Assembly (NCBI GenBank): GCA_951406725.2
Contig: OX597816.1
Coordinates: 149,358,001 to 149,422,000, forward strand
Reading direction: 5' to 3'
From: Octopus vulgaris
Lineage: Eukaryota
Length of the DNA: 64,000 bases
Shown here: piece after piece, positions 1-13,770 of the stretch
How positions within the stretch are numbered: position 1 is the stretch's first letter
Layout: each line of letters opens with the position of its first letter
Position numbers and translations under genes: made by a program
The notes under the pieces: model-generated
The model's database searches: none
Seen by the model: the letters and a program-made list of their open reading frames with translations, nothing else
What the model was told of the DNA's origin: nothing

Positions 1-254
1 TAATGATGATAATTCATTCCAGAGGTGAATTATTCAAACTCCAAAGAATTCCTCTCAACAATGCTATTTCCAACAGTTTGAACAGTTTATGAGAGACTTT
101 TTTTGTGGGCCTTCTTGACTAAACTGATGGACATACAAAATTCAAATCTCAAGATGTTCCTATTACTTTTGTTTACAGGAAAAGATGTGACAGACTATTA
201 GTGGTTCATTTCAGTGATAAATTATTTGAAGTCAACTGATTAATATGAATGCTT

Positions 255-630
255 GTGGCCGTGAAGCAAGAAGCTTCCGTTCCAACCACATGGTTCTGGG
301 TTCAGTCCCACTGCGTAGCACCTTATGCAAGTATCTTCTACTACAGCCTCAGGCTGACCAAATACTTGAAACTGTAAGAAGCCTGTCATGTGTGTGTGTG
401 TATGTATGTGTGTGTCTTTGTGTCTGTGTTTGTCCCTCTACACCACTTGACAACCGGTGTTCGCGTGTTTTATGTTTACGTCCCCGTGACTTAGCGGTTC
501 AGCAAAGGAGACCGATAGAATAAGTACAAGGCTTAAAAATAAGTCCTGGAGTAGATTTGTTCGACTAAAACCCTCGAAGGTAGTGCCCCGATATGGCCAC
601 AGTCAAATGACTGAAACAAGTAAAAGAATA
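255..630 (+). mobile_element. tRNA-derived SINE, family A, with internal (TG)n
   Basis: Head ...CCAACCACATGGTTCTGGGTTCAGTCCCACTGCG (B-box-like) and tail GACTGAAACAAGTAAAAG; same sequence recurs about ten times in the window. Confidence 0.85.
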
Positions 631-1619
631 GAATAAGCATGTTTTGACATTTATTACCCAAATTACATTGCAGGGGAGATAACTTTACTAACGCTATTAA
701 CAAGTTTACAAAATAGCTTTCAAAGCACTTTTCAGATATTTAATCCCATGTTGAATAAAATTAGGTCTGAAAGTAGGAAGGAAAAAAAATCTAATCTAAA
801 ATCCTCGTATAACAATGGACAGAAAAAATTGTTTTCTATTTTAGAAATAACGATGACCGAAAAGTAGAAGATCGCCTCAAATATATGTAAATGAATTTTG
901 TGTCAATGTGATTGTGTACATAATATTGTTAAACACATTTTAATATCTAATAAATTATTACAACAATGATGTTTTTAAAAATTAATGATTGGCCTTTTCA
1001 ATAATATCTGGGGACCTGATTTTCCTATTTTTGGGAATTGTGTATAAGCGTATCTACATTGTATCTACTTGTATTACCTTTGATAGGTTTTGAAACTTTA
1101 CATTTCACTTTCAGTAGCATCACTTCAACGTATAGCTTTGTTATCTTTCCACTCTACAGAATTATGAACTTTTTAGTACTATCATTATTGAGTGAGAAAG
1201 TAATGCATGCCACCAAACTGACACTGGAATACAAATATAAGATGCCCAATATATCCATCATGACTACCCGCCTGATAAGGGTACACCATGCACATGCATC
1301 ACAATCATATGTGCGCAACACGATGATCTTATATCAAGATAAACAGCGTATGACCTTACAACCGGGGCCCAGTTAGAATTTTTTCTTTTTTTTTTTTTTG
1401 ACCTCGAGTAAATCGAATTTTTATTTTCATATATAACATATAAACATGTGCATGTTTTAGAACATTGTCATTTTATAAAATTTTACTGGCAAATTTTAAA
1501 ATTAAGATAGATATTTATTTACATGAAAAAAAATTACCGGAGAACTTTCATTTAATTTTTCCAAATCTTTCTGTTAAAACTATTTGTGGGGAATTTGTTT
1601 TATTACAGCAACTGGTCGC

Positions 1620-2070
1620 ACACCACAAGGTTTAACGGAACCTACTGAAGCAAACCAGCATTACCACGGGCGATGGCGAGGCTAAGGACGTTGGGAAAGC
1701 CAAGCGCCCTTACTGGTATCACCTCACACCCTAGTGAGGCGAGCTGCCAACGTTGACAAGAACTTCGCGGTTAGTGGCCCAGTTCCTCCGAACGTCTCAA
1801 ATGCCACAAATTGGAAGAAATAGTTCACTGTCAGGTCCCGATACTTCAGGGTTTTCTTCCGTTCGGTTACGGAAGCAGTGACCCTCCCATTAACTGCTGC
1901 ATCCAGGATGTGGGAGGAAGCAAAGGAGTCGCAGACTGTGGCATCCGAAATGAGGTACCTACCTCTAACCCAGGGACAGAGGGTAAGACTATCTAGTCTC
2001 ATTCCATCACTTCTGGATAACCCCAACGGTTCCAGAACAGGGAATATTAATCCAGCCCAAGACCTGCTTA
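1620..2070 (-). mobile_element. CRE-like non-LTR retrotransposon, C-terminal restriction-like endonuclease fragment (decayed)
   Basis: ORF 1724-2026: DGMRLDSLTLCPWVRGRYLISDATVCDS...ERKKTLKY...FVAFETFG resembles the RPDG-x-T-xx-PW...WD-x-T...K-x-KY...ETLG pattern; downstream codons read IARGNA. Confidence 0.75.
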
Positions 2071-2129
2071 ATGGTTAGGTGTAGCGAGTGAAGGTCGAGC
2101 AGTCCATCCTGCTCAAGAGGTCCCTGAAT

Positions 2130-2435
2130 AATGTTCATGAATGAAACACCCATGTTTCCAGGGGTGAATTATTCAAACCCAAAAGAATGCCTTTCAACAC
2201 ATGGCTATGATGCTCCCCTACTGCTCCTCGCGATCAGAGACACACGCATTGTCATCCAGTAAGGGACATGCTCAACCGGTTATGGCCAAGCCACCTACAA
2301 GTAAATTTGTGGTATTGAGCAGAATATTTTCTGTGGCTCATCTTTTATACCAAGACAAAACATGTACGTGATAACACTTCCAATCAGTTAAGATCAGAAG
2401 CCACGAGAGTCACTGCCTGGTAGTGCATCAGGGAA
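2130..2435. repeat. Dispersed repeat, unclassified; a partial copy is at 15-68
   Basis: TTCCAGRGGTGAATTATTCAAAC...AAAGAAT...TCAACA shared between 15-68 and about 2155-2210. Confidence 0.6.
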
Positions 2436-2464
2436 TTATTTTTATTATCATGTTATCGATTATC

Positions 2465-2641
2465 CTTTACTTGTTTCAGTCGTTGTTTAATGCCTGTCGT
2501 TCTCTTTTACCGAACCACTAAGTCACAGAGACATAAAACAAATCTTCACTGGCTACCAAGCGGTGGAGATGACGTATGCACGCACACACACACGACCTAT
2601 ACGAAGCGGGTTCAGCTGGTACATCGGCCCAGGTCCCGTGA

Positions 2642-2678
<37 letters not shown>

Positions 2679-2825
2679 CGTTTGTGTGTAGATATATAAA
2701 CGATGACCTTTCAGTTTCCGTCTACCAAATCCACTCACAGTTCATTGGTCAGCCCTTAGCTATAGCACAACACACTTACCAAAGATGCTATATTGTGGGG
2801 GGAAACAAACTTCTTAACACACAAC
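2465..2825 (-). mobile_element. SINE family A (degenerate)
   Basis: TTTACTTGTTTCAGTC...TTTCAGTTTCCGTCTACCAAATCCACTCACA, reverse complement of family A. Confidence 0.8.
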
Positions 2826-3230
2826 CTCTTTTTATTTCTCTTTTGTTTAATGATATTGATTCGGATTTTGATACAGGGCCAGAAATTTCGGAGGCGCGGG
2901 CAAGTCGATTACATTAACCCAGTGCTCAACTGGTATTTATTTGATCAACCACGAAAGGATGAAAGGCAAAGTCAACGTCGGCGGAATCTATTGTCTTCTT
3001 TGATTTCTACGACTGGATGCCCTTCCTAATGCCAACCACTTTACAGAGCGTACTGGGTACTTTTTACGTGGCACCAGCATCGGCAAGGTCACCAAGTAAC
3101 TTGCAAGACGAAGACCCACCACCACCACCACCACCACCAAGTGAGAAGGGGGAGTGATATTGAAGGAAGTTACTTTGTGTCCGTTGAAGAGAGAAAGTAT
3201 AAAAGGATAGAAATGGGTGTCTCTCCAGTC

Positions 3231-3288
<58 letters not shown>

Positions 3289-3494
3289 GTTGATGTAGGG
3301 AGTGTTATATCAGAATACAGAGGGGTGAATATAAGTAAAGTGGTACAGAGGATTAGGCAGAGTAAGTGGGCAAGAAGTTCATGCGAGTGAGAAAGGCGAG
3401 GGGTCAACAAGGGGTGGGGGAAAGGATACTGCAGTGAGTGGTCAACACGGACGCTTAAAGCATTGGACCTAGTTCTAAATGGACGACTGTGTGG

Positions 3495-3770
3495 AGGCAC
3501 ATGGCCTGAGCAGCGGTCGAGAGATCGCGGGTTCGAATCTCAGACCGGGCGATGTGTGTGTTTATGAGCGAAACACCTAAGCTCCACGTGATTCCGGCAG
3601 AAGGTAATGGCGAACTTCTGATGATTCTTTCGCCACAACTTTCTCTCATTCTTTCCTCCTGCATCTAGCAGCTCACCTGCGACAGACCGGCGTCCCGTCC
3701 AGGTGGAGAACCTATACGCCAAGGAAACCGGCCCTTTTGAGCCAGGCATAGCTCGAGAAGGAACAAACAA
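3495..3770 (+). mobile_element. tRNA-headed SINE, family C
   Basis: GATCGCGGGTTCGAATCTCAGACCGGGCG head plus GAGCGAAACACCTAAGCTCCACG body shared with 50954-51258. Confidence 0.8.
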
Positions 3771-3819
3771 TGGACGAGTGTCCACGTGGGTTCGAATCCA
3801 ACTCGTGCTAAATATTTAT

Positions 3820-4130
3820 AGGCGCAGGTGTGGCTGTGTGGTAAGAAGTTTGCTTCCCAATCACATAGTTCCGGTTTCAATATCACTGCGTAGCATCTTG
3901 GGTATGCGTCTTCTACGATAGCCGACGACCAAGGCCTCGTGAGTGGATCTGGTAGGCGAAAACTGAAAGAAGCCCGTCAAATATATGTGTGTGTGTGTGT
4001 GTGTATTTGTCCCCGTAACTTAGCGGTTCAGCAAAACAGACGTCAGAATAAGTACCAGGCTTTAAAATAAGTACTGGGATCCATTCGTTCGACTAAAATT
4101 CTCCAAGGGTGGCGGCAAAAGGTAAAAAGG
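3820..4130 (+). mobile_element. SINE family A
   Basis: AGGCGCAGGTGTGGCTGTGTGGTAAGAAG head, GAAAGAAGCCCGTC, CCCCGTAACTTAGCGGTTC. Confidence 0.85.
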
Positions 4131-7100
4131 ACACACGCACGCACATACACACACATACACGCATGTATGCATGCTATTGTGTGATGTCCCTGAGTTTCTC
4201 AATTGCATTACCAAAATAAAATGAAATTGAAATGATTAACATCACGGGGTCTAAGCTCACTAGGAGCTTAACTTTACCCACCAGCACTCACAACAAAATG
4301 ATTATTTCATAAAACAAATGATTTCCCTGTGCCATATAAAACTATATTTTTGTTTGGCAAAAGGCCAATTTTGTTGTTGAGTGGAAAATTAGTTGCTTGA
4401 ATCGATCGCACCAAATAGCTGGAATTTTATGTCATCAACATCAAAACAACGCAAAGAAACGGGCAAATATCAATCAAGCATTTTTGACAACATTCATTGT
4501 GAAATGATCTTTCATTTCCATCCAGCTTGATATGTCTCGCGAGCGTATTTTATCAAAACATACGTTATTTGAACTGGCAGCAAACTATCTATATAGTATG
4601 GAACACTCAATAATTTAACAATTATAATATCAGATCTTAGATTAGAACTATTTATACGCCCACAAATTAGACATTACATTTTCGTCAGTAAAGCTATTTA
4701 AAACGAAACAATTACATTCGACAAAGTTTTACTTCAACGCTCTCAAACATTATGTAGCTCCATGCACTGGTTGTCATATTCGTATGCAACTATTTCTTTT
4801 CTTTTTTATTATTATTATTAAGATATGTATTTAAAAAAACTGTAAACATTCTTCGTGGTTTTACGCACGCACACACACACACACACTGTTTACTCAATTT
4901 GGTTAAGGTAAAGCTTTCAGGAAATATATCAATGTTTGATATCCATTATCTGATCTCATTAAATGTTGATTTTGGTATTTCACTAAAAAGTGGGAGACAA
5001 ACAAGTCTGCAAACAACACACTACGAATATGAAGAAAAACGTCAATAATCTCATCGAAGGGAAGTAACAATTCTTCCTAATTTTGGTACAAGACCAGCAG
5101 TTTCGAAGGAAGGGGTAAAGTTGATTACATAAATCCAGTGCTTGAATGGTAATTCATTTTATCGACCTTGAAACCTTAAAAGAATGAAAAGCAAAGTTGA
5201 TCTCAGCGAAATTTTAACTCAGAGCGTTAAGAGCTGGAATCAATGGGAAATAATAAATACACGCTTATAAATGATGCATTGTTTTTACTTTTATGTCACT
5301 GAAGTACAATTTTGCCTGCCTTCCTACACACACACACACGATTGTCTAAAAACCAGTCAAAAGATTCAGGCAGTGGATATATTGGTTAATAGAGCGGATG
5401 TATTATTATGAATAAAATACAATATTATATTCTGATATCATCTTTCATACTCTATGAAATCTCTACCCCTGGATGAAACCGATCGTTAAAGAGGCTTTTT
5501 AAAAGAATAATAATAATAAATAGTAACAACACATCCTTCGGCAGCCTTAGGACCACGCACTGGATCCTGGCTCTATACGGAACAGTAACATGAATCAGTA
5601 ATGACATATACACACATACGTGCATACATATATACAGACACACATGTGTATGTTTATATGTTTATTTATATAAGACACTATGCAGAGTTTATGTGTGCGC
5701 GCGCGAAGGCGTCTTATACTTTAATCATAGAAATTGAAAACAACACTAGGCTGATTATCGACACTAAAATAAAAAGAAAGCAGTTTTTAAAATGTCATTC
5801 GCTGTTAATTTTGCAGACTGTAAATTGTACTACTTGTGTAATCGGATCTGTACAGTCGTTCACAGATCTTTTTTTTTTTTTTTTCTGAGTAGTCCATGTG
5901 ATAGACTTTATAAATAAATGTTATGTATGCTAAAATTTTCATACAGAAAATAGGATGGAGTGAAATATCGTTCAAACGATAATTGGTGACGTTAACCACG
6001 CAAAATCTCACGAAGTTATGATTTAGAACGAAAACAAACAAGTAATATACAAATAAAAAAAAAAACCAATGGTCCGTCATACTTTTTTTTCATTGATTGA
6101 GACATATCTTTAATTGTCTTACATTTCATAAATCATACTAACCTTGGCAACTAAATCCTCGTCATTATACATGTGTTTTCCTTAATGTAGTAGTCTCTTC
6201 ATAAATTGAATTTTTTTCTGAAGTGAAGATTAATTTACGGCTGATTCTCTGGTCAAGTAGACTGAACGAGTGTAAAAGTGATAGTAGTCCGCTTTGCCTC
6301 TTGGGTAGTCTATTTTGTTGCGCTTCCTCTAAGATCCTCCCAGAAGAGACAAATGAATTGGGTTGCTTTTGCTTGCTTGAATTACGAATAATTTATTTTA
6401 CCGTCAAATATTTAATTTATCATATATGACATATTTGAATGTATTTTAGTAATTGTTTTTAGCTCGTGATAAATAAGTGGACCGCGAATTTGTAAAAATA
6501 AATCCTTTTTTTTATTTCCATACTTCCGTATAAATAAAAACGCACTGTATAAGTAACTCCCGTTGGTGTAAGCATCCAAAATCAGCTGCAGTATATTAAA
6601 TAAGAGTAAAGACCATGTCAACCTTGATGAAAAAGGGTGAATTTAAATACAAAAATATATTGTCTGACGCTCATGATCAAAAGCAAAATAAAACAAGATA
6701 TCGGCTCAACTACAATTTATTTATCTCTTTATGATACATGAATATATTTCAAAGCTTAATTTGCAAATTCGGAATGCTCTTCGAATTTTATTTTGATTAC
6801 TCTGAAATATCCTAACAAAAGCCAGATTATCCCAAATTATGTTGCACCTAACCATATATTCTTTATGGAGAAGGCATCCCTTGGAAATTTTCCAGTGCTT
6901 TATATTTAAATTTCACAAGGTCTAACAGGTGCGTTCGAGACTTTTCTTCGCCAAGGAGGACTAATAAGATCAAAACATGTCTAGAGTTGTCAGTGTCTTT
7001 ACTAAAACTCACATTCATTCTCCATTACTCCATTTATTCTTTAAACACTTAAAATTCCGGCGTTTACTAATTTGCCCCTTTTGGCAAGAATTATCATTAA

Positions 7101-7175
7101 TTGTCTTCATATTTTCATCCTCATTGCGAGTACATGATTAACAATTCATTTTGACTCACTAAAGTGAGTATATTA

Positions 7176-7695
7176 CAGACCTAGCGACGCTCAAAAACCA
7201 AAAGTCGTGAGAATTCGAACCTGGAGCTCGAAAAAGCAGTGAGAAATAATAAAAAGTAGTGAGACACTATCAAATTTCCTAGCAGAGCCAGTTTTAGGGT
7301 GAGCGTAATTGGGATTCTATGTCATGTTATATCTACAGTAAACAGAATGTACCCTTAAGGATTTTAATTTGTGTGTGTGTGTGATAAGAAAGAACAAATG
7401 TATATAATTAATATAACTCAAAACTAGAGTGTAAATAATAGAGCCCAAGTTAAGAACATAAACAGCAGAACCACATAATCAACTGTAGGATGATGCGAAC
7501 TGGAGATGCTGCTGCCGCATGCAGTGTGGTCTATGAGTAGGCTAAAAATGTACCTCGGGTTTTTAGACGTTATAAACTTTTGGCGGAGTTTGTCTTTGGA
7601 GAAAGCGTGCGAAACTGCTTGTAAAAACGTGAGGGCGTGAGATTATGAGTAAAATCATGTGACTCACAACAAAATCGTGGAACTTGGTAAGTCTG
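7176..7695. mobile_element. Non-autonomous DNA transposon (hAT-like CAG...CTG ends)
   Basis: Imperfect TIR CAGACCTAGCGA / TTGGTAAGTCTG, repeated subterminal CGTGAGA, flanks ATATTA / ATGTTA (possible 6-bp TSD). Confidence 0.55.
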
Positions 7696-7949
7696 ATGTT
7701 AGCCCCCACTTAACTAATCTTTTATTAGCCATGACTTCAAAACCATTTGCATTTCAAGTATTCAGCCGTTGTTAACTTTTTTATATTTATTTTAAGAAGT
7801 TATCTAATCTTGCTCGAATTAGCCCAACTCGATCACGACACCAATAAGCGTTCGGTTGGTCAGTAGAATCAATCGATGAAGACTTTTGCAGAACGACTGA
7901 GTCGTCTAAAATCAATGCTGGTTGTTCATGGAAATATATAGTTAATGCA

Positions 7950-8180
7950 TGCATCCTTAGTACTCTAGCAATGCCACGCAAAACGCACAAGCCTCTCTCT
8001 AATGATATCAGTGACCAAAAGAAGGGTGCTGAACAGATTTTTTTAGGAAGTGGGGAGTCGAACTCTTTTTTCACGAGATATTCAGAACGGCCTGTAATAT
8101 ACAGGTGTAAGCACCATCAAGCCTTGTTACCAGTTATTTAGTAAGTGTCCACAGTAGCGGAAGCAATTTCTTTTAAGATC
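7950..8180 (-). mobile_element. RTE-clade LINE C-terminal fragment
   Basis: Minus-strand translation WTLTK*LVTRLDGAYTCILQAVLNIS...IIRERLVRFAWHC. Confidence 0.7.
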
Positions 8181-8699
8181 ATCTGATAATGATAACTTCC
8201 GGAACACAATGTGGCCATCAAGAATAGCTATGTTTTTGCAAGACGATTTTAAATCTTTTTCTCTGGATGTGGTGTTGCTTCCTAAGATACAGAAGAGTCG
8301 TAAGAATTCTTCGAGTTCAGGTTGTATGCGATTTAGTATTAACTTTCTGCAAATTTTGCTGTTACCATTGTAAAAGTAAAGACTTTGTAAATTTTAGCCA
8401 AGCCTAAATTAGCTTTCTGGGAAACTGGAGTCCACGATCGTTGGTTCACTTCTCAATTGGATTTTGATTGTATAATGCCCTACAAAATTAAAGGAGGGTA
8501 TCACCGAACGACCTTAGCTTTGATAACAAACCTCCAGATTCAAGTTGGAGTAATTTTTCTTCATTATCCTTTCTGATGCTGTGTAGAACATCATGAATGA
8601 CCTATTTCTTCGTTAAAAATTGTCGCAGACTTCACGGTTGAATAAGAAACTTTTGTTTCAGAACGCGGTTGTTGATGCGGGTAAATCGATCTCTCCTGG

Positions 8700-9840
8700 C
8701 GACTTCACAATCGTAACACTGACACACTCAAGTCATACTGGATAAACTTACTAACGTACAGAAAAGGGTTGAAAAAAAGAAGGCAGCGGGCCTTGATAGC
8801 GTTGCAAGAAATCTAGTGATGTATTACGAAGGCTAGCTGTCTTCCTGTCTTTGATTCTTTTTAGGACGTCAATAAATTCATCTAGTATAACACTTATCGA
8901 ATTTCTGTCTTTTACATTAGGTCTAGGATGTCAATGTGCGCAGCATTATGATATAGCCATTGTGGGTCATATTTGATTTTGAAGGTCGTCAGTTGATCAG
9001 ACCTTAGATATTTTGTTTGGGGTGGGTGGAATGGGTGGTCTAGTTGGTACGTGGGAAATTTGCCGAGAGTATTGTTGTTGTTCTTTATTACCGATAGCCA
9101 TTTGAGTTGGTAGGCTGTTCGACGAAAGTTGGCTTCCAGGTCGAGTAAGATTTTCTTGTTCGGCTGTGGGCTCAAGCTAAATTTAGGGCTCAGACTGAGA
9201 AGTTCTAGTTCTTCATGGGAGATTGACCCACTCAAGTCTGTGATTAGGGATTTCGTTGTTGATGGTGTGCTGGCGTCCTCGATGTTAGTGTTATTTTACT
9301 CAGTGGATGTGTCCTGTTCATCTGTGTCAGTGTAATAGGCCGAGTTGTGGCGGTATTTGGTACAAAGCCACAGGAATTTAAGTTCGGTCAACCACAGAAC
9401 CTACACACCGAAGAACAACCGCAGCTATTGACCGATGCTACCACCACTGCGTTGACCAAGAGAAGAAACGCCTCAAACTTAAATTCCTGTGGTTTTGTAC
9501 CAAATACCGCCACAATTCGGCCTATTACACTAACACAGATGAACAGGGCACGTCCACCAAACAAGATAACACTAACATCGAGGACTCCAGCACACCATCA
9601 ACAACGAAATCCCTAATCACAGACTTGAGTGGGTCAATTTCCCACGAAGAAGTAGAACTTTTCAGTCTGGGCCCTAAATTTATCTTGAGCCAAAACCCGA
9701 ACGAGAAAATCTTACTTGACCTGGAAGCCAACTTTTGTTGAACAGCCTACCAACTCAAATGGTTATCGGTGATAAAGAACAACAACAACACACACGGCAA
9801 ATTTCCCACGTACTAACTAGACCACCCAGTCCATCCAGCC
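8700..9840. mobile_element. Penelope-like element N-terminal ORF fragment present as an inverted duplication
   Basis: LSGSISHEELELLSLSPKFSLS (other arm LFSLGPKFIL) resembles the PLE pre-RT LSLGxKF motif; arms 9021-9384 and 9476-9840 are reverse complements. Confidence 0.65.
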
Positions 9841-10345
9841 CCAGCATTACACAATGCTTCAAGCGAATTACAATACTCTCCTATTTAAATATTTTCTTGT
9901 TCTGAAGAGGGAGCCAGGTCTTGAGATACGGTTTTGTCAATATTATATTTGCTAGGAGAGATCAATTTACCCGGCAACTTACAGTTTCATTACAGTTGCT
10001 ATAATATCAAACAAGTTCCTATTTAACTACGAAGTCTGAGACTGTTTTCACGAAGGAGTATGTCGTTTTAGAATTTTAAAGAGCATTAGAAACGGGAATG
10101 AAAGGCAATGATTCCAATTAGGAGTCGAAACACGATCGCAGGCTATAATGATAACGACAACAACAATGATGATAAGCATCATCACCGTAATCGTCATCAT
10201 TATCCTCCTTCTCCTCCTCTTCCTCCTCCTCCTCATCATCATCATCGCCACCACCACAACCACCACCACCACCATAATGTCAGGTACGGTAGAAGAGCAA
10301 CATATTGTTGATAGTAATTCAGCGTCATTGTATTTTGTGTGTGTG

Positions 10346-10408
<63 letters not shown>

Positions 10409-10539
10409 ACCAAGACTTCTAAGCTCTTTTAGTAATTCCATCAATAGTGGAAGAATTCAGAGTCACGAAGTTATGAGCAAACAGTACATTACTACTATTT
10501 GAGGATCAGAGAGTAAGACGCGCCAACAAGAACATAATC

Positions 10540-11345
10540 ATAATTAGTGACCGTAAGTGGAAAACCTAGAAAGCTGTGAAGGAAGCAGCAACGTATTGGA
10601 AGCGCCAATAAACTGCCGGGGGTAGTATGTAATGAACGGTTAGGACTTGGCAACTACAACACCATGTGATGGAAAAATATTAATTCCAGGTGCAAAAATA
10701 GAGCTCATAATGCTGAAGATACAGAGGAAGATTGCAATGTAAAAGCGGTAGGAACTCTGGGAACTCTGGAGTACTGACTAGGGAAAATTGTCCTTCTTCA
10801 TGTGTGCTGTCGCTGACTTCTTGCCAACCACAAATAATCTTAAAATCTGGGACAAAGAGGAATACCCTTCTGAAAATAGCGTGGAGAAGCTCTTTGCACC
10901 CTGAAATACATTTTGACCGGATACTCCCAGAGCACTAAGAAAAGTTCGATGATACAAGTGGTGGTACGACAAGGTCCTTACAGAAATTGCCGAGTGGCCA
11001 GACCTGCAAAAAGTTAATGCTAACAAGCAGCAGCATCACTATCCAAAGGAATCATATTCCTACGAGGCTTCTGAAGGCAAAAGCAACTCTAGGGACTTGT
11101 TTTCTATTTTGCATGAAGGCTCAGACTGAAATGCAAGTGCATCAGAAGGGTTGATTCGTGTTTCCGAAAGAGGTGACAGTAACATTCGACCAATCATATT
11201 CCTACTTACTATCCTGGAGCGCAAAATTATTCATCTGCTCTGGGAGAGCAGACTTGACATTTCTCACCAACCGAAGAAAACTAAATATTAGAATTTGGTT
11301 GGTTTAAGCTTTCATCAAAGAAAGGTATAGTTTTCCAGTAGAATC
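10540..11345 (+). mobile_element. HERO/NeSL-like non-LTR retrotransposon C-terminal fragment
   Basis: Broken frames read RKWKT*KAVKEA...RLGLG, YKWWYDKVLTEIAEW, KKTKY. Confidence 0.65.
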
Positions 11346-11386
11346 AGAAAACAGTTCATCATTTCAAGCTCATTATATACAAACCA

Positions 11387-11834
11387 GGATCTTTTCTAAA
11401 AGATGGACAGAATTTTCTACTTAACTAAATAATTTGAAACTTCGTATACTGGTAGAATGTGTCAAAAGAAAACATTAATTTCAATTAATTTTTTTGAGAA
11501 AAATGTATTTTGTAACTTTTACGTAGTTTAATTCTTCGAATTTTAACCAATCGTATTCTCATGTATATTGAAATAAACATGCGAGAAGCCTTTGAAGACA
11601 GAAGGCAGAAGACAGTGATAAGGATGAATAACACGACAGAAATTTATTGAGCTCAAAACAGAGAATACGATTGGTTAAAATTCGAAGAATTAAACTACAT
11701 AAAAGTTACAAAATACATTTTTCTCAAAAAAACTAATTGAAATAAATGTTTTCTTTTGACACATTCTACCAGTATACGAAGTTTCAAATTATTTAGTTAA
11801 GTAGAAAATTCTGTCCATCTTTTAGAAAAGATCC
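11387..11834. mobile_element. MITE with about 174-bp TIRs, GGATCTTTTC termini and 8-bp TSD
   Basis: 11387-11560 is the near-perfect reverse complement of 11661-11834; flanks ACAAACCA / ACGAACCA. Confidence 0.92.
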
Positions 11835-12031
11835 ACGAACCATAATGGTTTACACAACATGTACAGATCATAATCCTTCTGTGCTTTAGAATTAGTATCA
11901 TCAGTTCATAAATGTTTCTGAAGTAGCGTCCTTGAAATTTGCAATGAAATTTTATGGAGCTAATATACGAACCCCCATTCATAGAGCCATAATCTATTTT
12001 TGGCACAACAATGAAGCTGAGCGGATAAATA

Positions 12032-13026
12032 TGTAGGAAATACGACCGTATGTGGAGGTTGGCGACATAGGTAAGTCACACGGTCGCATCCCTAACGAAA
12101 TAAGATAAGCCATAAATACAATTTATACAATGCAGTGCCAACAGGATATAGATGAATGACGACAAGCCGTTCCACTGTTTGAGGGAAGATAAGATTTTAT
12201 TTATAAGGTGTTAAGGTTAGAGGGTTGTGAGTGCTAGCAAGTGTTGGGTATGTGTGCATGCAACAAGTGTTTGTTCGCGTGTGTGACAGATACAAATGAG
12301 GGTGAATGCGTGTGACACAGAAAGTACAGAGCGTAGAGTTAATGATGGAAATTGGTTTACAGTTCATAAGGTACACGATATGTAAGAGTTCCGTATCAAG
12401 ATGTGTCTCGGGCGGTGACCGGTTGGGCGAATATTGTCGAGCCGCGGTTGTGGTCTCAATCGCCGAGCTGGTTCTCCTAATATAGAATTCTTCAGATGGA
12501 CTGTTTTACTTGGTGAAGGGATTTACTCTAACAGCGTGGGTCTGTGAAGTTGGTGTATACATATCTAAAGTGGACGATGGTAGAGACGACTTGAAGTTGG
12601 TACAATGATGGTGACGACGGCGACGGAGATAGAAGGCATTCTGCGGTGCTGGTGTATGTTAGCGTCGTCGCTGGTTGTAGTTGGAGCAATCGTCTGTCGC
12701 TGGAACTAAAACATGTTGAGTAGCTCTGTGGTCAGTGACCAGACCTTAGAAGGTCTGAAGTCAAAGACCAAGTATACTGAGAACAATCCTTTATATACAA
12801 GAAAGGTGGCTCAACAGAGCCTAGGAAAAGGGACCTTAACCAAAGGCCGTGATTGGTTGGCCTTGGACAGTGGCGCGAAATAAGTAGAGACAAATCGAGC
12901 CACATGTCAACCAATCAGGTCAGTGGTGGACACAACAGGAACAACTCGGCCAAAGATGGCTGTAATCTCAAACGAGATCATTCCTGCCGTATCTCTCAAA
13001 CAGTGAGGATGTCAGATACCGCTACA
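12032..13026 (-). mobile_element. Solo LTR (Gypsy-type, 4-bp TSD)
   Basis: Ends TGTAG...CTACA, AATA on both sides (12028-31, 13027-30); minus-strand TATATAAA near 12795 and AATAAA near 12200. Confidence 0.7.
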
Positions 13027-13030
13027 AATA

Positions 13031-13770
13031 TGTAGTGGCTTCATGCAGGCATAGCGTAGATTCGATCCTCGATAGTCAAATTTCACTTAACAGCTCAACA
13101 GCACTTTTCTCACGGTAAAACAATAGTTTTTCTGAGTGACACGAGTTACACTTGCCATATGCCATTGCTAAGCAGAATAATGTCTTTGCCACTTGACTCT
13201 TCTAACCTCTTCTAGGTCACCAAAAGCTAGAATAGTGATAACAGATTCTCAACGAGATCTATTGTTCTCAGCAATATATCTATCTTTCTAGCTGGCTTTC
13301 GATAGTTATAAACACTAGAATTTGGTAAGGCAAAATCATTTAGTGAACAGAGACCAGCTAGAGTCATGGCCACAAGCAGGCAGCCACTTGAGACCAAACG
13401 GCCATAGAGAGAAAGAAGGTTACAACCTGCCAACTGAGACACAACGTGCCTCGACTCTATAACTTCCACTAACTAAATTTCTTTTTTCTTACAGCATCAT
13501 TCCATCACCAACCCACTTCGTTGCCGTTACATTGGTGACACAAACCGTTAAATTGGCGACCAAGAACTACAACGAATACTATTTCCGTTACAAATATATA
13601 AACTATTAATTATTGACAACCATAGTGCATGAGGCACTCTCTGGTAAGTTGAGAGTTACCGTAAACAAAGGCACACCGCTGTTATGTTTTGTTGTTGATA
13701 TCTCGTTAACCAGAGAGAAATTGAAATTCTTAGACTTGAGAAGCAACCGACGAATTTTGGCAAGTTGTAA
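13031..13770 (+). mobile_element. 5' LTR (13031-13531) with primer-binding site and gag-like remnant
   Basis: TGTAGTGGC...GCCGTTACA inverted ends followed by TGGTGACAC and a second TGGCGACC. Confidence 0.65.

Noticed and set aside
9895-10020. CTGAAGA with CTTGTT/AACAAG flanking complementarity next to the PLE fragment
   Set aside because: No GAAA box or stem III in a workable position
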